From an uncultured archaeon (lineage in GTDB: Archaea > Asgardarchaeota > Thorarchaeia > Thorarchaeales > Thorarchaeaceae), in the NCBI GenBank assembly GCA_964458565.1, contig CAYWJO010000004.1, positions 64,001-128,000 on the forward strand: DNA of 64,000 bases. The letters run 5' to 3'. Positions 1 to 8,544 of the stretch are shown piece by piece. The notes under the pieces were generated by a model. The model did no database searches. It was not told the DNA's origin and worked only from the letters and a program-made list of their open reading frames with translations. The position numbers and the translations under genes are program-made. The first letter of the stretch is position 1, and each line of letters opens with the position of its first letter.

Positions 1-1
1 C

Positions 2-394
2 ATCCTTCTTTTTGGTTATAGTATAGGGGACTTGAACCTGATTATAACTGGGGAAACAATGTCTCTAATGCTTGTCTTCATTGTCGGATATATTCATGTG
101 CGATTCATTCCAGCTGCTCCTATTATCCTACGAGAAAATCTTTCCATTAGAGATGCAATTCAGCGTTGTTTCGATCTCACTAGCGGTCAGTTCATGCATA
201 TTGCAATCGGATTTCTAGGTTTGGTTTTCTTTGAATTCATGATATTCTTCTTCATTGTGAATATCTTCTCGATATTTGGAACCAGCTATATTGCTATTCT
301 TCTTCCATTCAATGTTTCTTTGCTTCTCTTCGCTGTACTACGACCGATATTTAGTGTAGTTGTATATAGGGATTTACTCTCTAGAGTAAAATGA
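2..394 (+). CDS. Integral membrane protein, 5'-truncated by the window edge
   Basis: Frame is open from base 2. Several hydrophobic helices and an 'I.daI.rcF.LT.G.F' motif typical of DUF975/GDPD-membrane-like proteins. Confidence 0.55.
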   Translation: MLLFGYSIGDLNLIITGETMSLMLVFIVGYIHVRFIPAAPIILRENLSIRDAIQRCFDLTSGQFMHIAIGFLGLVFFEFMIFFFIVNIFSIFGTSYIAILLPFNVSLLLFAVLRPIFSVVVYRDLLSRVK

Positions 395-405
395 AAAGAA
401 ATGAA

Positions 406-432
406 AGGTGCCTGACCTGTTTCCTGGCACCT
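406..432. terminator. Hairpin between convergent genes (probable bidirectional terminator)
   Basis: AGGTGCC (406-412) / GGCACCT (426-432) inverted repeat; T-rich tail on the minus strand. Confidence 0.5.
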
Positions 433-438
433 CTCCAT

Positions 439-1770
439 TCATTTGAGTCCATGTTTCTTAAGGAATTCACCTAATACATCATCAAGGTTAGGTCGTCCAA
501 TCTCCTGCAAATCATATCTGACTCGTATACTTGGTTTTTTAATATCAATAAGACGTGCAAGATCAATAGGTGTACCAATCACAACAGCATCGACATCTGC
601 ATTATTGATTGTTTCTTCAAGTTCTTTCATCTGTTTCTTGCCATATCCCATCGCTGGAAGAACATCCTCTAGGTGGTAATATTTCTCAAATGTAACCTCG
701 ATACTACCAACAGCATAAGGTCTTGGGTCCACTATTATTGCACCCGCTTTTCGTGCGGCTATGTAACCTGCACCATAAGGCATACCACCATGAGTAACGG
801 TTGGTCCATCTTCAACAACGATAACTCTCTTTCCTCTAATTGTGTTCATTTTCTCAATTCCCAGAGGTGAAGCAGCATCGATAATCGTTGCAGATGGGTT
901 AGCCTCCATGATGTTCTCACGAACCATCTCCACATCCTCATAGTCCGCAGTATCAATCTTGTTGATAATAACCACATCTGCCATTCTTAGATTTGTTTCA
1001 CCAGGATAGTAGGATATTTCATGACCTGGTCTGTGCGGATCTGTGATGACAATGAGCAAATCCGGTCTATAAAATGGAAAATCGTTGTTTCCACCATCCC
1101 ATGTGATTATATCTGCTTCCTGTTCCGCTTGCTCTAATATTCTACCATAATCAACACCCGCATAGAGGATAACCCCCATGTTGATCATCGGTTCGTATTC
1201 CTCTCTCTCTTCAATGGTGCACTTGTATTTGTCCATATCTTCAAGGGTAGCATATCTTTGAGCAATCTGAGTAGTTAAATCTGGGTCATATGGCATCGGA
1301 TGCCTAATATTTACTGGTTTCAGTCCCATTTTTACCAGAATTTCGTTGACGCGTCGGGATGTTTGGCTCTTACCGCATCCGGTTCTCACAGCACAAACTG
1401 CAATCACTGGTTTGTTGCTTTTTATCATTGTAGTATCAGGACCCATCAAACGAATGTCAGGACCTATTGAATTGACCCATGCAATTTTACCTCCTACTGT
1501 GTCGTAGGAAAGGTCTGAGTATGCTAGTATGCATTGCTCAACTCCAAACTTTTCTACTAATTCAGGTAATCTCTCTTCAGGGTAGATCTTTATTCCATCA
1601 GGGTACAGCTTACCTGAGAGTTCAGGTGGGTACATCCTATCCTCAATACCAGGAATTTGCTCAGCTGTAAAAGCAACGACCTCATAGTCTTCATTATCTC
1701 TAAAGTATGTATTGAAGTTATGAAAATCTCTGCCAGCAGCTCCCATTATGATTACTTTCTTACGAGTCAT
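439..1770 (-). CDS. P-loop ligase of the cyclic 2,3-diphosphoglycerate synthetase-like/'predicted GTPase' family; probably the arginine synthetase (ArcE)-type subgroup
   Basis: N-terminal IIMGAAGRDFHNFN, Walker-like AVRTGCGKSQTSR, RHPMPY, IEEREEYEP, WDGGNNDFPF, VEDGPTVTHGGM. Confidence 0.8.
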   Translation of the reverse strand: MTRKKVIIMGAAGRDFHNFNTYFRDNEDYEVVAFTAEQIPGIEDRMYPPELSGKLYPDGIKIYPEERLPELVEKFGVEQCILAYSDLSYDTVGGKIAWVNSIGPDIRLMGPDTTMIKSNKPVIAVCAVRTGCGKSQTSRRVNEILVKMGLKPVNIRHPMPYDPDLTTQIAQRYATLEDMDKYKCTIEEREEYEPMINMGVILYAGVDYGRILEQAEQEADIITWDGGNNDFPFYRPDLLIVITDPHRPGHEISYYPGETNLRMADVVIINKIDTADYEDVEMVRENIMEANPSATIIDAASPLGIEKMNTIRGKRVIVVEDGPTVTHGGMPYGAGYIAARKAGAIIVDPRPYAVGSIEVTFEKYYHLEDVLPAMGYGKKQMKELEETINNADVDAVVIGTPIDLARLIDIKKPSIRVRYDLQEIGRPNLDDVLGEFLKKHGLK

Positions 1771-2028
1771 TTACATATCCTGTCCTACTCAATGGATTTT
1801 GACATCACACACTGCCCCAATGAGGCACGATATAAAATGGTCGGTACGAACAGTCCGAATTCAATTGTTCGATTTTAAGAAAAAGTCTCCAAATAATGTT
1901 AATTCGCGTTATCTGATTCCTTTATCGAAAAATCGCAATGCAACACAAACATCTAAATAGGACCTATACGTATTGAAAGGAGATGCGCCTAACACAGGTC
2001 ATCTGTAGCGCTATGCTGGGGTGCTCAA

Positions 2029-2580
2029 GTGAAACTGGTCAAACTTGCCGGGGAGGCTATTCGTCTATTACGTGAGAGTGGGTCTGAAGGAATTCGCAGT
2101 GACGAACTCGCAGAAGCACTAGGAACACCAAAGCGAAGAGTCTATGATATTATTGCTATTCTGAGAGCACTAGGGAATATTCGCACAACACGACGGTATA
2201 ATGGTACCACGATATCCTGGATTGACCGATTCAGAAACTTCGTTCCTAAGGATAGTTATGATGATATAAAACAACAACTCGAAACAGAACGAGAGACCAG
2301 AAAAGGATTGCAGGTGCAAGTTGTTGAATTAAAAGAGCAGCTTAGAGTCACCAGACTAAAAATTCGTCGTGATGTTGAAGCAATTGAAACAATGGAAAAA
2401 ACTGAATTCAACACCTGCCAAATAAAAGTGCGTCCTCTATCAAGAAATGGATTCAAACGAGTGAAGGACTCCGGTATGGAAGTCATTATCGAAACAACCG
2501 AACCTGGTATGATTGTTGATCCAACTGAAGAGGAGATTGATGAGACGGAGGATTTGTTGAAAAGCATCCAAAGGCTATAG
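2029..2580 (+). CDS. E2F/DP-like winged-helix transcription factor with coiled coil
   Basis: ELAEALGTPKRRVYDIIAILRALG matches the E2F/DP RRxYD recognition helix, followed by a ..ISW wing and a heptad coiled coil. GTG start after GGGGTG. Confidence 0.7.
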   Translation: MKLVKLAGEAIRLLRESGSEGIRSDELAEALGTPKRRVYDIIAILRALGNIRTTRRYNGTTISWIDRFRNFVPKDSYDDIKQQLETERETRKGLQVQVVELKEQLRVTRLKIRRDVEAIETMEKTEFNTCQIKVRPLSRNGFKRVKDSGMEVIIETTEPGMIVDPTEEEIDETEDLLKSIQRL

Positions 2581-2587
2581 CAGTCTT

Positions 2588-2974
2588 CTAAACCTTTTTC
2601 CGAATTATAACTTTACTACCTCTTCTAATATCTGAGAGTGTATCTAATTCTTCACAGCTTACCACCTTGCCAATGATATTCACTTGACTAAATGTCTGCA
2701 TATCTTGTACATAGATACACAAGGAATCCCCCAGGGGCATATATGCTATATCTCCTTTTTTCACCTTGTTAGTTGGTTTGAGATTTCCTCGATTAATACC
2801 AAGAGTAATCTTCATTTCACCTCGAAGAAAGGCGGACCTACCTACAATAGGTAATACTGCTTTGATATCTTCCACAATCATTGGTCCTAGAACTCTATCA
2901 AGCACAGCTTCTAGCATCAGAGCCCCATCAAAATCTAGTACAAGTGGTACATCACTCTCAAGCATTTCACTCAC
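2588..2974 (-). CDS. Cyclophilin-like fold protein (DUF369/TM1367 type)
   Basis: V.KGDIAYMPLGDSLCIY and VNIIGKV motifs. Confidence 0.75.
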   Translation of the reverse strand: MSEMLESDVPLVLDFDGALMLEAVLDRVLGPMIVEDIKAVLPIVGRSAFLRGEMKITLGINRGNLKPTNKVKKGDIAYMPLGDSLCIYVQDMQTFSQVNIIGKVVSCEELDTLSDIRRGSKVIIRKKV

Positions 2975-3092
2975 AAGAAATCAAATAACATTCACCCACT
3001 TATGTTCTATGTTGAATCTTCGGCAAAACCTTAACTGTACTCAAACTGCTTCATATCATAAGTAAGACCGTTTCTTAAAGGGTGCATTTGAT

Positions 3093-4223
3093 TTGATGGA
3101 TAAGCTTGATGTTGCATTTGTTGTTGATACAACAGGATCTATGAAGGACGATATCAATGCGGTTAGGGATTCACTATTCGAAATTGTTAGTCAAATCACC
3201 GCGAAAACTATAGGGCTGTCAATCCGTTTTGGAATTGTATCGTATAGAGATCATCCTCCTCAGGATCGTACGTATGTAACAAGGACTTTTGATTTCACAG
3301 AAGACATCAAACGAGTGCACAAGGAAATAAGTCATCTAAATCCCTCTGAAGGTGGGGATACTCCTGAAGCTGTTGCTGATGCACTTCATGATGCCCGTGA
3401 AGAAATGTCTTGGGGACCAGATGCATACAAAGTCCTTCTACTGGTAGGAGATGCTCCACCTCATGGCCGACAATATTGTCGATTGGAGGATGATTATTTT
3501 CCTAATGGTTGTCCAAAAGGATTTGATCCTATTCAAGAATTGCAGGAGCTTAAGAGCGAACATGGGGGTACAGTTTTCATCTTTGTTTGCGGATGCAATC
3601 CACTCGTGGAGGAATCTTTTAGAAGAATTGCATCTTCGGTAGAAGATGGGAGATACTATTCACTTTTAGAGGCACATGAATTACCTACGGCGATATTAGA
3701 GATTCTGAAAGGTGTAGGTGATTTAATTGAGTTAGATCGTAAGGTCCTCCAATACTACACGAAACAAGATGGATTATTCAGTGTACCTGAAGGGGCCGAT
3801 GAATTAGGCATAACGGTGCGAGATATGAAAACCTCAATATCACGACTTATTGAAATGGAGCGTATTCCCAGATGGCCACGCGGCCGTCCTCTATCCTCCG
3901 ACAATAACGACTTGAAGGCTGCTCTGGGGGAGATTCCTGATGCTCTAATAGCTGGAAAAGCTGTTAATTATCGCATCAAGATTCGAAATGAAGGTCAAAT
4001 CACTGCCAATGTTCGTGTCCTTGTTTCATTGATTTCTTCGGATGGGATTTCCGAGGTCATAAACGAATTACATGAAATAGCACCAGATAGTTCGCAAACA
4101 CTGTCCCTTCGCCTTATTCCTATGGTTGATACACCAGGTCGTGCAAGTATCAGAGTTGAAGTACTATATGGATCAAAGACAATAGAATCTCAAATCTATG
4201 AAACAAGAATATTCACATCTTAG
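3093..4223 (+). CDS. vWA domain protein with winged-helix and C-terminal Ig-like domain
   Basis: LDVAFVVDTTGSM (MIDAS), GGDTPEAV, LVGDAPPHG; HTH-like VPEGADELGITVRDMKTSISRL; beta-sandwich C-terminus. Confidence 0.8.
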   Translation: MMDKLDVAFVVDTTGSMKDDINAVRDSLFEIVSQITAKTIGLSIRFGIVSYRDHPPQDRTYVTRTFDFTEDIKRVHKEISHLNPSEGGDTPEAVADALHDAREEMSWGPDAYKVLLLVGDAPPHGRQYCRLEDDYFPNGCPKGFDPIQELQELKSEHGGTVFIFVCGCNPLVEESFRRIASSVEDGRYYSLLEAHELPTAILEILKGVGDLIELDRKVLQYYTKQDGLFSVPEGADELGITVRDMKTSISRLIEMERIPRWPRGRPLSSDNNDLKAALGEIPDALIAGKAVNYRIKIRNEGQITANVRVLVSLISSDGISEVINELHEIAPDSSQTLSLRLIPMVDTPGRASIRVEVLYGSKTIESQIYETRIFTS

Positions 4224-4229
4224 ATCATA

Positions 4230-6875
4230 TTATTTCTGCTCAACTGATGTTGGGATTAATGATTCTATCGCGCTTACTAGGTATCCCAGAAATTGAAAAT
4301 GGAAATATCTCTCAAGTGAATAGATTCTACTTCTAATACTCCTATGTAGATTTTTATATTCATCTACATTAAATTCAGAGCCGATTCCGAATACATCCAA
4401 TGCATATCTTTCATGGTTTCCAATCGCACGAAGATACCCTTCCATCTCTTCAGAACTCTCAATTCCTCCATCTGAAAAAAGCAATATCAAGGTGGGACGC
4501 TCAGCACCCAGATCCTCAAGGTATTCAGCAATTGCCCGGTATGCATTAGATTCATTCTCTTTTTCTAAATCACCTTTTGTTGTGTCAAGAAGTGTATAGA
4601 CAAGAGATGTTAATACTTCGTCTGAAGAAATATCATTGTCAAAATCTATAAAATTCTGTACTTCGTTTCCCTTTTGAACTGAAAATTTTGAAAGGTTGTC
4701 TCCATTTAAAACCAAGCCTAATTTGCCTTCCGTCCTATTCATCATCACAAAATTGAGAATAAGTAGAACATTAATAATCGCACATTGTCGTCTTGTTATT
4801 GTTTTGTCCAATGAATCAATGAATCTGCTAATCTCTGGCACAATTTCAGAGATACTATCTAATGATTCTGTAAGTGAACTAAAATCATCGATGGTGATAT
4901 CCGTGTTGTCTAAATTCCGGCCCATCGAAATACAAAGGATGATGTTGAAATCCCGCAGGGATTGAGCTGGTCTAATTTGGATAGTACCAGTGATTATCCC
5001 CACCTCTCCTAAACCTAATTCTGGTGTTGATGAACTAATTACACATTTCATTTCTGGATCATGTTCAAGAGGACGTACAGCACTATTCCTACCAATATAC
5101 AAATTTTGTAAGAACTCCTGAATTTCAGACCTATGCAGATGCAGATATGAGATGATTTCAAATCCCGATCTAAGTGGTATCTGTTCAAAGGAGAAAACCG
5201 ACTGCTCTAATCGTGTGACTTCCGAATCATATTTGACCAAGTCCACCTGTTTGTCAACAAGGTCGAACGCATGTGCATCCTTTTTGGAAACCAAGACGCT
5301 TTTCTTTATACATGATGAATTCGTGTTGATATTACCTGCGCACCATTGACCAGATTCTGGATTCATTGCTAATACTAAGTCGTCTTCTATTAGCCCTGTC
5401 GCTCTGAGGTCCTCTGGACAAATTTGCAATGTGTTTCTCCTAATCTCCTCAGGTACAACAGCGAAATGAAGTGCTGAGACAATATCTTGCGCTTCTTTTA
5501 CTTGTAGTATTTTCAATAATTCTTGAGTATAAGCTGATAGATGCGATGGTGAGTCAAATGTATGTCCTGAGGTTGTTGTTGCAGCTTTAATCAGCGTGGT
5601 CATTACTTCAGATGTTCTCGATATTAATGAATCAGTAAATGTGCGACGCCATCCAGTTAACCTCAGTGTTTGGTCTCGATCAATATAAAGAGCAGTTGAA
5701 ATTAATGACTTTGACTTATTATCTTGAAGTGTTACAATGAGACTATTCAAATCAATGTAATCATCATCTGTTGCAATTAAATGATCACATGAAACAATAT
5801 GCTTGATATTCTGTGATGCGAGTACCTGTAGTATTCTTTGAAAATCTCCTAATGCAGAGCGACCTAAATTACCCTCAGCTGTAACTGATATATCATTTTC
5901 AATATAATGCATTGAATTAGGTCTTATCGGCAATCTTCGCAGAATGTTCGTACCTAGAATGCGTTGTATATCTTGAGGTCTAGCATTTAATTTTCGACTC
6001 AGTAAGTAGCTAAGTACTTCAGATATACTATTTCCCATTGCTGTATTGGGATATCCGGATGCAAAAACAATTCTTGTTGACCATTCATCACCTTGTGTTC
6101 GTTTGAGATAGTTGATAAGAGTTGAAAGAGACGATAGAGTACTTCCAGAAGTTAACACTCGACTATTTGGGATATCGACTAGTTTTACTATATCGTTCCC
6201 CCAAGACCGATGATCCGTTGTGGATAGGAATAATTCTGGTGAAGGGAGTCCTCCGTCTTTCACAGAGATTAACCAAGAAAGAAGGATATCAAGATCATCT
6301 CGGGATTCCAAATTTACAAATATGGGATATTTCGATTGAATGTGATTTATGAGATAGCTTCGCATGGTACTATCCATTAAATTTTCGAGATCACGCGAAT
6401 CACATGAACATGCCCAACCTGGTTTTGATATTGCGTCCAATCGCATATCTTGAACATGGTAAAATCTTGGTGAGTGAGGTGGACACATCGCCCATTCATA
6501 AGCCAAGTTTATATTATTCTGACGCTGTGATTTTGGTAATAGTGTGGTTCCGATGTTGAATAGTGGGTGGGTAAGGTAATAATCAATGAACCATCCAATA
6601 TCCAAAGCATTTGACAGAGTTCTATAGATATCTCCTAGAATAGGTGGTTTCTTGAGGTATTCATACGCCCGTCTGGGTATATATCTGAATGCGGTAGCGT
6701 ATGTACCAACGTAATCGAAAAGGCGATTTTCAACTCTATTGATATACATCAAGAGCTTCTCAGGACCAAACGACCTAGTTTGGTCCCCAATATGAATCTC
6801 ACCAAGGTTGACAACTGCATCAATTAAAACGAACCTTCTGATATCTCCAGTTTCTGAATCCTCGGCGACCAACAT
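4230..6875 (-). CDS. Fusion of degenerate amidohydrolase + CDC48 N-domain-like + degenerate vWA (pseudoenzyme paralog of the two divergent genes)
   Basis: Collinear similarity to 6996-8498 and then to 8545-9834; metal ligands replaced (DAVVN for DAHHH, ASGY for GTDY, ISMGRN for IDTSGS). Confidence 0.75.
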   Translation of the reverse strand: MLVAEDSETGDIRRFVLIDAVVNLGEIHIGDQTRSFGPEKLLMYINRVENRLFDYVGTYATAFRYIPRRAYEYLKKPPILGDIYRTLSNALDIGWFIDYYLTHPLFNIGTTLLPKSQRQNNINLAYEWAMCPPHSPRFYHVQDMRLDAISKPGWACSCDSRDLENLMDSTMRSYLINHIQSKYPIFVNLESRDDLDILLSWLISVKDGGLPSPELFLSTTDHRSWGNDIVKLVDIPNSRVLTSGSTLSSLSTLINYLKRTQGDEWSTRIVFASGYPNTAMGNSISEVLSYLLSRKLNARPQDIQRILGTNILRRLPIRPNSMHYIENDISVTAEGNLGRSALGDFQRILQVLASQNIKHIVSCDHLIATDDDYIDLNSLIVTLQDNKSKSLISTALYIDRDQTLRLTGWRRTFTDSLISRTSEVMTTLIKAATTTSGHTFDSPSHLSAYTQELLKILQVKEAQDIVSALHFAVVPEEIRRNTLQICPEDLRATGLIEDDLVLAMNPESGQWCAGNINTNSSCIKKSVLVSKKDAHAFDLVDKQVDLVKYDSEVTRLEQSVFSFEQIPLRSGFEIISYLHLHRSEIQEFLQNLYIGRNSAVRPLEHDPEMKCVISSSTPELGLGEVGIITGTIQIRPAQSLRDFNIILCISMGRNLDNTDITIDDFSSLTESLDSISEIVPEISRFIDSLDKTITRRQCAIINVLLILNFVMMNRTEGKLGLVLNGDNLSKFSVQKGNEVQNFIDFDNDISSDEVLTSLVYTLLDTTKGDLEKENESNAYRAIAEYLEDLGAERPTLILLFSDGGIESSEEMEGYLRAIGNHERYALDVFGIGSEFNVDEYKNLHRSIRSRIYSLERYFHFQFLGYLVSAIESLIPTSVEQK

Positions 6876-6995
6876 GATGGATTGCTCAATATTGATTTTT
6901 CTTGTATGAATATATGCCTGATGCGCATGTTATAACTTATTTTGAGGAAAGTTTTTTGGCAAATATACTCTCATATTTTCTTGGAGCACATCTGG

Positions 6996-8498
6996 ATGTT
7001 GATTATAGAGGCCGTGGTGGATCAACCTGAGCATGGGATTAAGAAAGGTGATCGATTCCGGTTGTACATTGTTGATGCGCATCACCATATGGGTAGAGAA
7101 GGAACTCATCGTAATACTCCAATAGGAGCATATGATTTCTATACACTTCTATGGTTTGAATTAAAGAAAATGTCTCAGCACTTGCTTGAGAATGAAGAAT
7201 TATTATTCGAACCTGTTTCAATTAAGCCGCCAAAGCTTCCGACGAAATTATTCAGCTCTAGGAAATCTTGGAGAAAAATGAACCACGGATGGATGGTTGA
7301 TCGTACTATTGTTTTTCCTTATTCTGATGATTATGCAAAATCCAAAATAGATGAAGTTGCGTTCAAGGTTTCTAATGATAAGATTGCAGGATGGACAACT
7401 CGTGCTCCCCATTCTTCGCGATTGATTGGATTCTTAAGATTGGATCCTTCTGATGGGAAAACATTTGGTCTGGATATATTAGAAGATGAAATCGATAGGT
7501 GCGTGGATTATCTTGGACTTCGGGGAATAAAACTCCATCCAATATCTCAACTCTTCATTGATGATATTGCTAGTCCTTCGATGCGAACAATATTTCATAA
7601 GGCTGGTACTCATTCTCTCCCCATAATAATTGATACGAGGAATATTCGTACAGTCTTGAAGTTAAAATCCCTCATCGATACAATGGATTCAGTCAAAGAC
7701 ATGGTTGTGCCAAAAATCATACTTGCTCATGCAGGAATGAGTCCTTCAGATACGCGTCTATATGAATCTCTATGTAATCCCAATATTTATTGTGAAACGT
7801 CTTCTATTCACGGTCTTGATGTCCCTCTTCTATTTGATATGGCACAAAAAAATATTGGTTCCAACTGGTCCGAAAAGATTCTATTTGGGACTGACTATTC
7901 ATTTCTGTCGACTCAGGCAAATGAGGTGATTCTCCATCTTCTATCCCGTAATTTTAATGGTACTCTCTCTGATATTCAAAGCATACTTGGCGGTAATGCG
8001 ATGAAACTTGTACAGACACCATATAGAAGAAAATCCGCCTCTGAAATTTCCTCTCTGCGAATAACTTGTACAAGAAGCCCATCAAAAACAAGACATCTAC
8101 TTGAAAACGAGATTGTAAAATCCATTGGTAATGGAGATTTGGATTTACAAAGCATTGATTTGATGGTCCCTGGAGGCGAGAAGTGGCCCCAGCTTCAGCC
8201 TCTATTCTCCGGGGGTTTTAATGGGATTCATTTCAGATCTTACCTTTTAAGTTTAAAATCCACAAATGACATACTTTTGCACCTCTGGATTCGCGAAAGC
8301 CCTCGACAATTCCTTTCATGTGCAATTCTAAGTCTCGATGAAATAGAGTTGATGTCTGAAGGTGCATTTTCACCACAACGGCTGAATTCAATTCTAATTG
8401 ATTCTATTTTGGATACATCTGAAATTGTGGAATCTCCTCAAATTCTGGTAAGGAGAATACAGGAACACATTTTGAAAAGCACTCCCAATAAGTCTTAA
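6996..8498 (+). CDS. Metal-dependent amidohydrolase (Amidohydro_2-type TIM barrel) with extra C-terminal domain
   Basis: VDAHHHMG, GLRGIKLHP, ILAHAG, KILFGTDY, ILGGNA. ATG at 6996 is preferred over TTG 6942 because it aligns with the paralog's N-terminus. Confidence 0.85.
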   Translation: MLIIEAVVDQPEHGIKKGDRFRLYIVDAHHHMGREGTHRNTPIGAYDFYTLLWFELKKMSQHLLENEELLFEPVSIKPPKLPTKLFSSRKSWRKMNHGWMVDRTIVFPYSDDYAKSKIDEVAFKVSNDKIAGWTTRAPHSSRLIGFLRLDPSDGKTFGLDILEDEIDRCVDYLGLRGIKLHPISQLFIDDIASPSMRTIFHKAGTHSLPIIIDTRNIRTVLKLKSLIDTMDSVKDMVVPKIILAHAGMSPSDTRLYESLCNPNIYCETSSIHGLDVPLLFDMAQKNIGSNWSEKILFGTDYSFLSTQANEVILHLLSRNFNGTLSDIQSILGGNAMKLVQTPYRRKSASEISSLRITCTRSPSKTRHLLENEIVKSIGNGDLDLQSIDLMVPGGEKWPQLQPLFSGGFNGIHFRSYLLSLKSTNDILLHLWIRESPRQFLSCAILSLDEIELMSEGAFSPQRLNSILIDSILDTSEIVESPQILVRRIQEHILKSTPNKS

Positions 8499-8544
8499 AA
8501 CCGCTCAGATGTAATGTCATTGTAGTAGAACAGGAGGCAGTGCA

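Noticed and set aside
1985-2024. Small multi-stem leader that could sequester the SD of the E2F-like gene
   Set aside because: Stems are short and rely on G.U pairs; cannot be distinguished from chance without conservation data.
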